Source: Ilumatobacteraceae bacterium (GTDB lineage Bacteria; Actinomycetota; Acidimicrobiia; Acidimicrobiales; Ilumatobacteraceae). Taken from it: a stretch of 64,000 nucleotides of DNA. Under the pieces are notes generated by a model. It was not told where the DNA came from and searched no databases. It was given only the letters and a program-made list of their open reading frames with translations. Positions 9,848 through 20,814 of this stretch are shown one piece after another. Numbering within the stretch: the stretch's first letter is position 1; each line of letters starts with the position of its first letter. The DNA is taken from assembly GCA_013213745.1 (NCBI GenBank), contig JABSQH010000010.1, positions 42,293 to 106,292 on the forward strand. The letters run 5' to 3'. The position numbers and the translations under genes were made by a program.

Positions 9848-10501
9848 GTGGTGGGCATGTTGTTCACCACACGTTGCGCTGGGTGTGACACACCGGGCGC
9901 GCCCATCTGCACGACTTGTCGATTCGCTCTCACCAACCGTCAGCCGATCACGACCGCCGGCGGTGTCGAGGCAGCGATGCCGTTCGCTGGTCGAGCCCGC
10001 GATGTGCTGCTCGGGCTGAAATACCGCAATCGCCGCCAAGTCGCCCGCCACCTGGCAGGCTGCATCGTCAATCGGCTGCTCGTTTCGGGGCAGGTCGACG
10101 GCATCGACGTGGTGACGTGGGCGCCGACCTCGCGGCGGCGTCGCCGTGAGCGCGGCTTCGACCAAGGGGAGCTCTTGGCGCGCTACGTCGGCCGCCAGCT
10201 CGGGCGACCGGTCCGGCCGCTCTTGCAACGGCTCGAGACCGAGGCGCAGACAGGCCGGACCCGTCGTGAGCGCATCGCGGGTGTGCACTTCCGCGCCCAT
10301 CCAGCCGCACACGGCGCGACGGTGCTCGTCATCGACGACGTGGTCACGACCGGCGCCACCCTCGACGCCGCGGCCGAAGCGTTGCGGCAGTCGGGCGCCC
10401 AGTGGGTGCGCCCCTGTGCGGTCGCCGCGACACCGACGCCGGTTGTTGCCATCGAACGTCGGCGGGCCGCCCGCCGTGGGCATCTACGGGCGGTGGCCTA
10501 G
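9848..10501 (+). CDS. ComF-family phosphoribosyltransferase-domain protein
   Basis: N-terminal Cys pairs (CAGCDT...ICTTC) and a C-terminal PRTase motif VLVIDDVVTTGATL. Position upstream of secA is as in other actinobacteria. The start could be the ATG at 9857. Confidence 0.75.
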   Translation: MVGMLFTTRCAGCDTPGAPICTTCRFALTNRQPITTAGGVEAAMPFAGRARDVLLGLKYRNRRQVARHLAGCIVNRLLVSGQVDGIDVVTWAPTSRRRRRERGFDQGELLARYVGRQLGRPVRPLLQRLETEAQTGRTRRERIAGVHFRAHPAAHGATVLVIDDVVTTGATLDAAAEALRQSGAQWVRPCAVAATPTPVVAIERRRAARRGHLRAVA

Positions 10502-10543
10502 CGCCCTGGCAGACCGACGCACGCCGGTAGGCTGACGGGCCTC

Positions 10544-13393
<2,850 letters not shown>

Positions 13394-13419
13394 CCGTGGC
13401 CGGTCCGTGGCACTGATCG

Positions 13420-14523
13420 ATGCGTGACTTCACACCGGACCTGCGCGACCTCGAACGTCGCCGCGACGAGGCGGCCGAATACCTGAACGTCGCCGACAAT
13501 CGAGAGCGATTCGCTGTCCTCGAGGCCGAAATTGCCGAGCCGGGTCTGTGGGACGATCAAGAGCGGGCGAAGAAGCTGAACCGCGAGTACGCCGACATCA
13601 AAGACGACCTGGACATCTACGACCGGCTCGGCGAGCAGATCGGCGACGTCGAGGTACTCCACGAGCTCGCCCGCGACGAGGGTGACGAGAGCCAAGAGCC
13701 CGATATCGAAACTGCGATTGCGACGATCGGCGAGCAGCTCGACCAGCTCGAGCTGCGCAGCTTGTTCACCGGCGAACACGACGGCGCCGACTGCATCGTG
13801 CAGATCAATGCCAAAGACGGCGGCGTCGATGCCCAGGACTTCTCCGAGATGTTGCTGCGCATGTACGAGCGATGGTGTGAACGTCGCGGTTTTGCGATCA
13901 GCCTGAACGGCGTCTCCGAAGGGCAAGAGGCCGGGATCATGTCGGCCGAGGTCACGATCTCGGGCCGCTATGCGTACGGCTTGATGTCCGCCGAGCGAGG
14001 CACGCACCGTCTGGTGCGCATCAGCCCGTTCGACAACCAGGGGCGCCGCCAGACCTCGTTTGCAGCCGTCCAGGTGTGGCCGCTGCTCGACGACGTCGAC
14101 ATCGACATCGACGAGTCCGACATTCGCATGGAGGTCTTCCGGGCTTCTGGAGCTGGCGGTCAGCACGTCAACAAGACGTCGTCGGCGGTGCGCCTGATTC
14201 ATGAACCGACCGGTCTCGTGGCCAGCTCGCAAGAGGAACGCAGCCAGCTCCAGAACCGCGAGCGGGCGATGGGCCGCCTCACGGCGATGATCGCTGCCAA
14301 GGCCGAAGAAGATCGGCAGACCGAACTCGACGAGATCGCCGGCAAGCAGGCCCAAGTCGGCTGGGGCAGCCAGATCCGCAGCTACGTCCTGCAGCCATAC
14401 CAGATGGTGAAAGACCTGCGTACCGAGGTCGAGACCAGCAATGTGCAAGGCGTGCTCGACGGCGATCTCGACACGTTTATCGAGGGTTTCTTGCGCCAAC
14501 GGCGCGCCACCACCGACGCGTAA
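13420..14523 (+). CDS. prfB: Peptide chain release factor 2
   Basis: GGQ motif (SGAGGQHVNKT) and the RF2-type SPF tripeptide (RISPFD). An uninterrupted 367-codon frame means no programmed +1 frameshift is needed. Confidence 0.95.
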   Translation: MRDFTPDLRDLERRRDEAAEYLNVADNRERFAVLEAEIAEPGLWDDQERAKKLNREYADIKDDLDIYDRLGEQIGDVEVLHELARDEGDESQEPDIETAIATIGEQLDQLELRSLFTGEHDGADCIVQINAKDGGVDAQDFSEMLLRMYERWCERRGFAISLNGVSEGQEAGIMSAEVTISGRYAYGLMSAERGTHRLVRISPFDNQGRRQTSFAAVQVWPLLDDVDIDIDESDIRMEVFRASGAGGQHVNKTSSAVRLIHEPTGLVASSQEERSQLQNRERAMGRLTAMIAAKAEEDRQTELDEIAGKQAQVGWGSQIRSYVLQPYQMVKDLRTEVETSNVQGVLDGDLDTFIEGFLRQRRATTDA

Positions 14524-14601
14524 CGCTCGTCTCAGCGACGCTGTAACGCCCCTACTCGGTTCCGGCGGCGGCCCGTTACACCGTCTCTGAGACGAGCGTT
14601 A
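14521..14601. repeat. Long imperfect inverted repeat (28-nt arms, 26/28 pairing, 25-nt loop) starting at the prfB stop codon; a possible terminator or regulatory hairpin
   Basis: The left arm TAACGCTCGTCTCAGCGACGCTGTAACG (14521-14548) pairs with CGTTACACCGTCTCTGAGACGAGCGTTA (14574-14601). Confidence 0.5.
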
Positions 14602-14652
14602 CAGGGGGGTGCCACATGTGCGTCGTAACCCGACGGTAACGTTGGTGCGCTC

Positions 14653-15330
14653 ATGATTCGCCTGGAAAATGTCACCAAAAGCTACTCGACCGAGGTCGTC
14701 GCGCTGCGCGACGCGTCTTTCGACGTCGCCAAGGGCGAGTTCGTCTTCCTCGTCGGCCCGTCGGGATCAGGCAAGAGCACGCTGCTGCGCATGCTCAACC
14801 GGCAGGAACGGCCCGAACGGGGTGCCGTGTGGGTCGCCGGCCGCAACATAATCGGGATGCCGCCCGGGCGCGTTCCGCACCTGCGGCGCAACATCGGCAA
14901 CATCTTCCAGGACTACAAACTGCTCCTCGAGAAGAGTGTTTTCGAGAACGTGGCCTTTGCACAAGAGGTGATCGGGCGACCGTCGCACGTGATCAAACAG
15001 CAGGTGCCGGCGGTGCTGGAGCTCGTTGGGCTTGCCGGGAAGGAAGATCGGCTGCCCCATCAGCTATCCGGCGGTGAGCAGCAGCGCGTGTCGATCGCCA
15101 GGGCGTTCGTCAATCGACCGTTGATCCTGCTCGCCGACGAGCCCACCGGCAACCTCGACCCCGGAACCGGTGAAGGCATCATGCGCCTCCTCGACCGGAT
15201 CAACAAGACCGGAACCACCGTGGTGATGGCCACCCACGACCAGCGCATCGTGAACACGATGCGCAAGCGGGTGATCCAGCTCGACCGCGGCGTCATCGTG
15301 CGCGACCAGGCGCGCGGCGTCTACGAGTAG
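14653..15330 (+). CDS. ftsE: Cell division ATP-binding protein FtsE
   Basis: Walker A GPSGSGKST, LSGGEQQRVSIARA, LLADEPTGNLD. 225 aa, directly upstream of ftsX. Confidence 0.93.
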   Translation: MIRLENVTKSYSTEVVALRDASFDVAKGEFVFLVGPSGSGKSTLLRMLNRQERPERGAVWVAGRNIIGMPPGRVPHLRRNIGNIFQDYKLLLEKSVFENVAFAQEVIGRPSHVIKQQVPAVLELVGLAGKEDRLPHQLSGGEQQRVSIARAFVNRPLILLADEPTGNLDPGTGEGIMRLLDRINKTGTTVVMATHDQRIVNTMRKRVIQLDRGVIVRDQARGVYE

Positions 15331-15346
15331 ATCCCCTCGACGACCC

Positions 15347-16249
15347 ATGTTGTCCCGCATTCGTTACACCCTGCGCGAAACCTTCGACAGTTTCCGCCGC
15401 AACGCCACCCTCACGGTGGCCGCCATCATCACCGCCGCAATTTCGCTCCTCGGCGTTGGGCTGACACTGCTCAGCCAGCACGCCTTCGACAACCTGCTCG
15501 CCCGGTGGGAGGGCGGCGTCGAGATGATCGTGTTCATGCGGCCGCAGGCCACTGCCGAGCAACTGCAGTTGGTCGAGGACAACCTCAGCGAACAAAGCCA
15601 GTTCATCGCCGAATTCAGCTACTGCGACGAGCAGTGCTCGCTCGACGAAGCCGACCGCGTGCTGGCGGGGGAGCCCGGCGTGCGCGAGCTGCTCGATGAG
15701 AACAACATCACCACACAGTTCAAGGCGATTCCGACAGAGGGCACTGACGTCGAGTTACTCCGGCAGCTCTCCGGAGCGTTCTCGGAGTTGCCGAGCGTGT
15801 TCGAGGTCAAGTTCGCCGAAGACCAGATCAGTCTGATCTCGCAACTGCAGAGCTTCTTCGGGTTCCGATTACTTCTGCTGTCGGGCTTCTTGCTGCTGGC
15901 TGCGATCCTGTTGATCTGGAACACCATCCGAACAGCGATCTTCGCCCGCCGCCGCGAGATCGAAGTGATGAAGCTGGTCGGCGCGACCGACTGGTTCATT
16001 CGAATCCCGTTCATGCTCGAAGGCCTGCTCCACGGGCTGATCGGCGCGGGCGTGGCCAGTCTCGGGTTGTGGGTGTGGAACACGCAGTGGACCACGGGAG
16101 TCCAAGACTTCCCACCGAACAGTGGTTTTGCTGCGCTCGTCGTGACCGACGGCTACGAAGTGACGGTGATGCTGATCATGTTCGCCATCGGCGCCCTCGC
16201 CGGCGCGATCGGCTCGGGCATCGCTGCGTCGAAGTTCCTCGACGTCTGA
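15347..16249 (+). CDS. ftsX: Cell division permease-like protein FtsX
   Basis: N-terminal TM (LTVAAIITAAISLLGVGLTLL), an extracytoplasmic domain and a C-terminal 3-TM FtsX domain. Lies 16 nt after ftsE. Confidence 0.9.
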   Translation: MLSRIRYTLRETFDSFRRNATLTVAAIITAAISLLGVGLTLLSQHAFDNLLARWEGGVEMIVFMRPQATAEQLQLVEDNLSEQSQFIAEFSYCDEQCSLDEADRVLAGEPGVRELLDENNITTQFKAIPTEGTDVELLRQLSGAFSELPSVFEVKFAEDQISLISQLQSFFGFRLLLLSGFLLLAAILLIWNTIRTAIFARRREIEVMKLVGATDWFIRIPFMLEGLLHGLIGAGVASLGLWVWNTQWTTGVQDFPPNSGFAALVVTDGYEVTVMLIMFAIGALAGAIGSGIAASKFLDV

Positions 16250-16316
16250 GGCGCTGACGTCGGATGTCGCCGGCGACGGATCGAGATCCACCGGCGCCGA
16301 GCGATCTCGTCGCTCG

Positions 16317-16781
16317 GTGGCGGGCTCCGGCGTGCTCACCAACGAGGTCGTGCAGGAGACCTTCCTCACGGCCTGGCGGGTCGCATCGACGTTCGACGCC
16401 AGTCGCGACCTGGCACCGTGGCCGTACACGATCGCCCGGCGCACGGCAATCGACACGTTGCGTCGCAAACGCAGACCGACCACCGGTGGTCAATCTCCTG
16501 AGGTCGAGGTGGCGATCGATGCGCCGGCCTTCGAGACAACGTTCCAACAGTTCCAAGTGCGTCGAGCGCTCGACGACCTGCCCGATGGCGAGCGCGAGGT
16601 GGTCCGCCTCAGTCATCTCGTCGGACTATCGCACCCCGAGATCACCGATCGCCTCGGCGTGCTCGTCGGGACGGTCAAGTCCAGGTCGGCGCGGCGCACC
16701 GGCGCCTGGCGGCAGCGCTGTCCCACCTTGGGCTCACTCGGAGCGACGACTCGTGAACCGATTCGATGGTCCGTACCGTAG
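16317..16781 (+). CDS. ECF-type sigma-70 family factor, abnormally short at the 5' end and probably frameshifted near the 3' end (possible pseudogene)
   Basis: Region 2 (VVQETFLTAWR, PWPYTIARRTAIDTLRRKRR) and region 4 (LPDGEREVVRLSHLVGLSHPEITDRLGVLVGTVKSR) are present. The approximately 45 aa that normally precede VVQETF are absent. After KSR the canonical ending AHRRLAAALSHLG is in another frame, with a stop at 16754-16756. Confidence 0.6.
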   Translation: MAGSGVLTNEVVQETFLTAWRVASTFDASRDLAPWPYTIARRTAIDTLRRKRRPTTGGQSPEVEVAIDAPAFETTFQQFQVRRALDDLPDGEREVVRLSHLVGLSHPEITDRLGVLVGTVKSRSARRTGAWRQRCPTLGSLGATTREPIRWSVP

Positions 16782-17236
16782 AGATCAGCGAGACGTTGAT
16801 GCCCGATGACCTGACCCCGACCGAACCCGAGGGTGAGTCCGACGCGCTCGTTGCGGCGATCGCCACTGAAGTCAGTGACGGTGCGTCATCCGCCGGCCAG
16901 GACGCGAGCCCGTCTGCGCCGCTCGTCGAAATCGGTGCGTACCGCCGTCGACTGGCGCCGATCCTGGTCGCGGCGGCGGCGGTGGTCGATGGCGACGATG
17001 CACGCGAGGGCGTGCTGATCGCTCTGTCGGCGACCGACCTCGCCCCAGGTGCCGCTGCTGAAGCCGACATCGCCGACTCGCCGCTCGGCACGCGCATCCT
17101 GCTCGATGTGACCGACCTTCCGCCGGCGCAGGACGGTACCTACGACGAAGCGTGGCTCCGCCAGAGCGCCGAGGTGGGTATCAGTGCCGGTGCGTGCGCG
17201 GCGGTGACGGCGAAATCGAGTTGTGGGGGGAAGTGA
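16766..17236 (+). CDS. RskA-like anti-sigma factor, apparent frameshift; the conserved C-terminus continues in another frame to 17334
   Basis: Immediately follows the sigma gene. TM-like RRRLAPILVAAAAVV and a C-terminal domain (LPPAQDGTYDEAWL..VGISAG). The expected end (GGDGEIELWGEVTLDDYPLTTVTVQQEGGGAAPSGAVTLRG) is encoded by ORF 17152..17334 in a different frame. Confidence 0.55.
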   Translation: MVRTVEISETLMPDDLTPTEPEGESDALVAAIATEVSDGASSAGQDASPSAPLVEIGAYRRRLAPILVAAAAVVDGDDAREGVLIALSATDLAPGAAAEADIADSPLGTRILLDVTDLPPAQDGTYDEAWLRQSAEVGISAGACAAVTAKSSCGGK

Positions 17237-17383
17237 CACTTGATGACTACCCGCTGACCACGGTCACCGTGCAGCAGGAAGGCGGTGGCGCAGCCCCGTC
17301 CGGCGCCGTCACGCTGCGCGGCCGCGCTGGTTGATCCCCCGGCGGACACGAGATGTCCGCGGGCGGCTGGCTACGTTCCGGTC

Positions 17384-18244
17384 ATGGCCTACACCGAGAT
17401 CGAGCTCGCCGTCGAGGACCACATCGCGACGATCACGCTCAACCGCCCAGAACGGATGAATGCGTTCACCAACACGATGATGCATGAGCTGATCGCGGCG
17501 TTCGATGCGACCGACGGCGATGACGACGTGCGGGTCGTGATCGTCACCGGCGCCGGGCGGGCCTTCTGTGCCGGCGCCGATCTGGGCGGTGGTGGCGAGA
17601 CGTTCTCGCGCGGTGGGAGCGACGTCGTCGGCGACAGTGGCGTGCCACGCGACGGCGGCGGTCTCGTCTCGCTGCGCATCTTCGACAGCAAGAAGCCGGT
17701 GATTGCCGCGATCAATGGGGCGGCGGTGGGCGTCGGTGCCACGATGACCCTGCCGATGGACATTCGGATCGCGAGCACTGCGGCCAAGTTCGGGTTCGTC
17801 TTCGCGCGCCGCGGCATCGTCCCCGAAGCATGCTCGTCGTGGTTCCTGCCGCGCGTGGTCGGCATTTCAACGGCCGCTGAATGGTGCTACTCGGGCCGCG
17901 TGTTCCCTGCTTCCGAGGCTGTTGAACGCGGCCTCGTGCGCAGCACACACGAACCCGATGAGCTACTCGCCGCCGCCCGAGCCATCGCAGCCGAGATCGC
18001 CGAGCACACCGCCCCCGTGTCGGTCGCGCTGACCCGACGCATGCTCTGGGAGATGCTCAGCGCAGCCCACCCGATGGATGCCCATCGCGTTGACTCCCGT
18101 GCGATCGCCGTGCGAGGAGCGAGCGCCGACGCAGCTGAAGGCGTGACCAGCTTCCTCGAGAAGCGCCCGGCGGCGTTCCCCATGAGTGTGAGCGAGGGTC
18201 TCCCGGACGTGTTCCCCGACGCCGAGGAACACCACTTCTCCTGA
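17384..18244 (+). CDS. Enoyl-CoA hydratase/isomerase (crotonase) family protein
   Basis: The internal ATG at 17384 gives MAYTEIELAVEDHIATITLNRPERMNAF. Oxyanion-hole motif GAGRAFCAGADL. Confidence 0.88.
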   Translation: MAYTEIELAVEDHIATITLNRPERMNAFTNTMMHELIAAFDATDGDDDVRVVIVTGAGRAFCAGADLGGGGETFSRGGSDVVGDSGVPRDGGGLVSLRIFDSKKPVIAAINGAAVGVGATMTLPMDIRIASTAAKFGFVFARRGIVPEACSSWFLPRVVGISTAAEWCYSGRVFPASEAVERGLVRSTHEPDELLAAARAIAAEIAEHTAPVSVALTRRMLWEMLSAAHPMDAHRVDSRAIAVRGASADAAEGVTSFLEKRPAAFPMSVSEGLPDVFPDAEEHHFS

Positions 18245-18304
18245 GGATTCACCACGTCCTTACCTCTCTGTGTCCCGCGTCACGTGAAGTTGGCGGAATT
18301 TCTC

Positions 18305-18319
18305 AACCACGACGTGGTT
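18305..18319. promoter_or_regulatory. Perfect 7-1-7 palindrome AACCACG-A-CGTGGTT, a candidate operator upstream of the small ORF/globin pair
   Basis: Read directly in the 129-nt spacer between 18244 and 18374. No partner regulator identified. Confidence 0.25.
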
Positions 18320-18373
18320 TCATCCGATGTAGACAACAGCGACGCATCGAACGAGCGGTGACGAGGAAAACCG

Positions 18374-18592
18374 ATGAGTGCAGCAGCAACGACAACACGA
18401 GTGAACACCGGTGATGTTCTGGAGTTCGAAGTGGGTGACGACGCCATGACGGTGCTCGTCCTCTTGGCCACCGACGAGGCGTTGGTGCTCGATCCGCTCA
18501 ACGGTGAGACCCCGTTCGTCATCCGACTCGACGAGATCGCCGAGTTCCGCAAGTTCGACGCCGACGATCTGGTCGACGCGTTCTCTGCCTGA
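18374..18592 (+). CDS. Small acidic hypothetical protein (72 aa)
   Basis: ATG start preceded by gaggaaaa. Strong G/C third-position bias consistent with coding. Lies 18 nt upstream of the globin gene. No recognisable motif. Confidence 0.5.
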   Translation: MSAAATTTRVNTGDVLEFEVGDDAMTVLVLLATDEALVLDPLNGETPFVIRLDEIAEFRKFDADDLVDAFSA

Positions 18593-18610
18593 GCTGCATA
18601 GCCTCACGGC

Positions 18611-19036
18611 GTGACCGACATCTCGCTCTACGAGCGAGCCGGCGGCTGGGAGTTCTTCGAGCGACTCGTCGACGAGTTCTACGAGGGCGTCGCCACCGAC
18701 GAAGTGCTGCTGCCGCTGTATCCGGAGCAGCCGGATCTCACTGGTGCTCGCCATCGGCTGACGCTGTTTCTCGCCCAGTACTGGGGCGGGCCCACGACGT
18801 ACTCCGATGAGCGGGGGCATCCACGGCTGCGGATGCGCCACATGCCGTTTCACGTCGGAGTCGTCGAACGCGATCGGTGGCTGGAGCACATGCATACGGC
18901 GGTGCGCACGGCCTGCAGCGACCTGAGCGACGGTGACGTCATCGAGGCTGAGCTGATGGCGTACTTCGTGCCGGCGGCCGAGCATCTCCGTAACGACACC
19001 GGACTGCCGATTACTTCTTCCAACTACGGCCGCTAG
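18611..19036 (+). CDS. Group II truncated hemoglobin (GlbO/YjbI-like globin)
   Basis: YERAGGWEFFERLVDEFYEGV, LTLFLAQYWGGPTTYSDERGHPRLRMRHMPFHV (proximal His region). 141 aa. Confidence 0.85.
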   Translation: MTDISLYERAGGWEFFERLVDEFYEGVATDEVLLPLYPEQPDLTGARHRLTLFLAQYWGGPTTYSDERGHPRLRMRHMPFHVGVVERDRWLEHMHTAVRTACSDLSDGDVIEAELMAYFVPAAEHLRNDTGLPITSSNYGR

Positions 19037-19048
19037 CGTCCTTCTCCG

Positions 19049-19981
19049 ATGTCGGCGGTGGAAGTTACGGGGCTCGTCAAGCACTACGGCGATGTTCGAG
19101 CAGTCGACGGCATCAGCTTCGTGATCGAACCGGGCGAGGTGTACGCCTTGCTCGGGGAAAACGGTGCCGGCAAGTCGACCACGGTCGAGATCCTCGAGGG
19201 GTACCGAACTGCGACTGCTGGGCAGGCCCGTGTGCTCGGCCGCGACGCGGCCGCCGGCGATCGTGCGTGGCGTGACCGCATCGGAATCGTGCTGCAGACA
19301 TCGGGCATCGAGCAGGAGTTCTCCGTGCGCGAGCTGATCGAGCTGTACGGATCTGCCTATTCCGACCCACGCCCGGCCGATGAAGTCATCGACATGGTCG
19401 GTCTGACAGAGAAGGCCGACGACCGGCTGGGCTCCTTGTCCGGGGGCCAGCAACGGCGTGTCGACCTCGGCCTCGGCATCGTCGGCCGCCCCGAAGTGCT
19501 GTTCCTCGACGAGCCGACCACCGGTTTCGATCCATCGGCGCGGCGACGGTCGTGGGACTTGGTCGAGCAGCTCGGCGAAGGCGGGACCACGGTGCTCCTG
19601 ACGACGCACTACCTCGACGAGGCCGAACACCTTGCCGACCGGGTCGGTGTCTTGAACAAGGGCCGGCTGGTCGCCGAGGGAACGCCGGGCACGCTCATCG
19701 AGCAGGTGAGCGGCACCATTGTGAGCTTCAACGTGCCTGCCGATATCGATCTCGCCGACGCCTCGACGACGTTCGGCCAGCTGCTCGGAACCGAGATCGA
19801 CCTGGTGGGACGGCTCGTCGAGGCGCGCGTCAGTGCACCCACCGCCGCCGTCCATCGGCTGACGTCGTGGTCGCTCGAGCGCGGCATCGAACTCGATTCG
19901 TTCACCGTCCGGCGGGCCTCGTTGGAGGACGCCTTTCTGCGTCTCGTCGACGACGATGCCACAGATGGAGGCGAGCCGTGA
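19049..19981 (+). CDS. ABC transporter ATP-binding protein (DrrA/ABC-2 exporter type)
   Basis: Walker A GENGAGKST, LSGGQQRRVDLGLG, LFLDEPTTGFD. Followed by an ABC-2 permease. Confidence 0.9.
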   Translation: MSAVEVTGLVKHYGDVRAVDGISFVIEPGEVYALLGENGAGKSTTVEILEGYRTATAGQARVLGRDAAAGDRAWRDRIGIVLQTSGIEQEFSVRELIELYGSAYSDPRPADEVIDMVGLTEKADDRLGSLSGGQQRRVDLGLGIVGRPEVLFLDEPTTGFDPSARRRSWDLVEQLGEGGTTVLLTTHYLDEAEHLADRVGVLNKGRLVAEGTPGTLIEQVSGTIVSFNVPADIDLADASTTFGQLLGTEIDLVGRLVEARVSAPTAAVHRLTSWSLERGIELDSFTVRRASLEDAFLRLVDDDATDGGEP

Positions 19982-20814
19982 GCGGGCTGTCGACGGGGGC
20001 TCTGATCGTTCGACAGGCCAGATACCAGCTGCTCACGTTCTGGCGCATCCCGGTCGCGCTGTTCTTCACGCTGGCGCTCCCGTTGATCATGCTCGTGCTG
20101 TTCAACGCGTTGTTCGGTTCGAGCGATATCGACACCGACGAAGGCACGTGGTCGGTGCGGCAGTTCTACACCGGAGGGCTCGCCGCATTCACGGCGGTGT
20201 CGGCGACGTTCACCAACCTCGCCAACATGGTGCCGATCCGGCGTGACGAAGGCGTGCTCAAACGGTGGCGCGGCACTCCCTTACCGACGTGGATGTACAT
20301 CGCCGGCTTCGTGTTGTCGGCAGTGATCATCGCGTTCATCGGCGTCGTCGTGATGCTCACGCTCGGTGTCGTGGCCTACGACCTGCAGATCGAATGGGCC
20401 AAGATGCCCGCTGCCGCAGTGACATTCCTCGTTGGTGTCGGCGCGTTCGCGGCGCTCGGGATGGCGGTCGCCGCGCTCGTTTCGACCGCCAGCTCGGCGT
20501 CGGCCGTGGCGAACGCGATCATTCTCCCGCTGGCGTTCATCTCCAACGTCTTCATCGTGACCGACGACGCCCCGGCATGGATCGGGACGATCGGAGACAT
20601 CTTCCCGCTGAAGCCATTCGTCGAGTCGTTCCAGGACTGCTTCAATCCGACCGTCGATCCGCCGGGGTTCAACTGGGCGCAACTCGGCTACGTCGCACTC
20701 TGGGGCATCATCGGTGGCGTGATCGCCGTCCGCCGGTTCCGCTGGGAGCCCAGCGGGACGTCCGCCCGCGGCCGCCGGGCACGTCGCCGTCACGCCGACG
20801 TCGCCGCTAGCTGA
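19978..20814 (+). CDS. ABC-2 type transporter permease
   Basis: The GTG at 19978 overlaps the upstream TGA (GTGA). Six predicted TM segments (ARYQLLTFWRIPVALFFTLALPLIMLVLF...). The 19552..19977 part of the ORF lies inside the ATPase gene. Confidence 0.85.
   Translation: MSGLSTGALIVRQARYQLLTFWRIPVALFFTLALPLIMLVLFNALFGSSDIDTDEGTWSVRQFYTGGLAAFTAVSATFTNLANMVPIRRDEGVLKRWRGTPLPTWMYIAGFVLSAVIIAFIGVVVMLTLGVVAYDLQIEWAKMPAAAVTFLVGVGAFAALGMAVAALVSTASSASAVANAIILPLAFISNVFIVTDDAPAWIGTIGDIFPLKPFVESFQDCFNPTVDPPGFNWAQLGYVALWGIIGGVIAVRRFRWEPSGTSARGRRARRRHADVAAS

Noticed and set aside
10502-10543. Expected hpf/raiA-like gene between the comF-like gene and secA, as in some actinobacteria.
   Set aside because: Only 42 nt separate the two genes, so no ORF is possible. 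The gene is simply absent from this position.
13420-14523. Programmed +1 frameshift site expected in many prfB genes.
   Set aside because: The RF2 frame is continuous for 367 codons from the start at 13420, and there is no in-frame early TGA with a CUU UGA C context. This gene does not use the autoregulatory frameshift.
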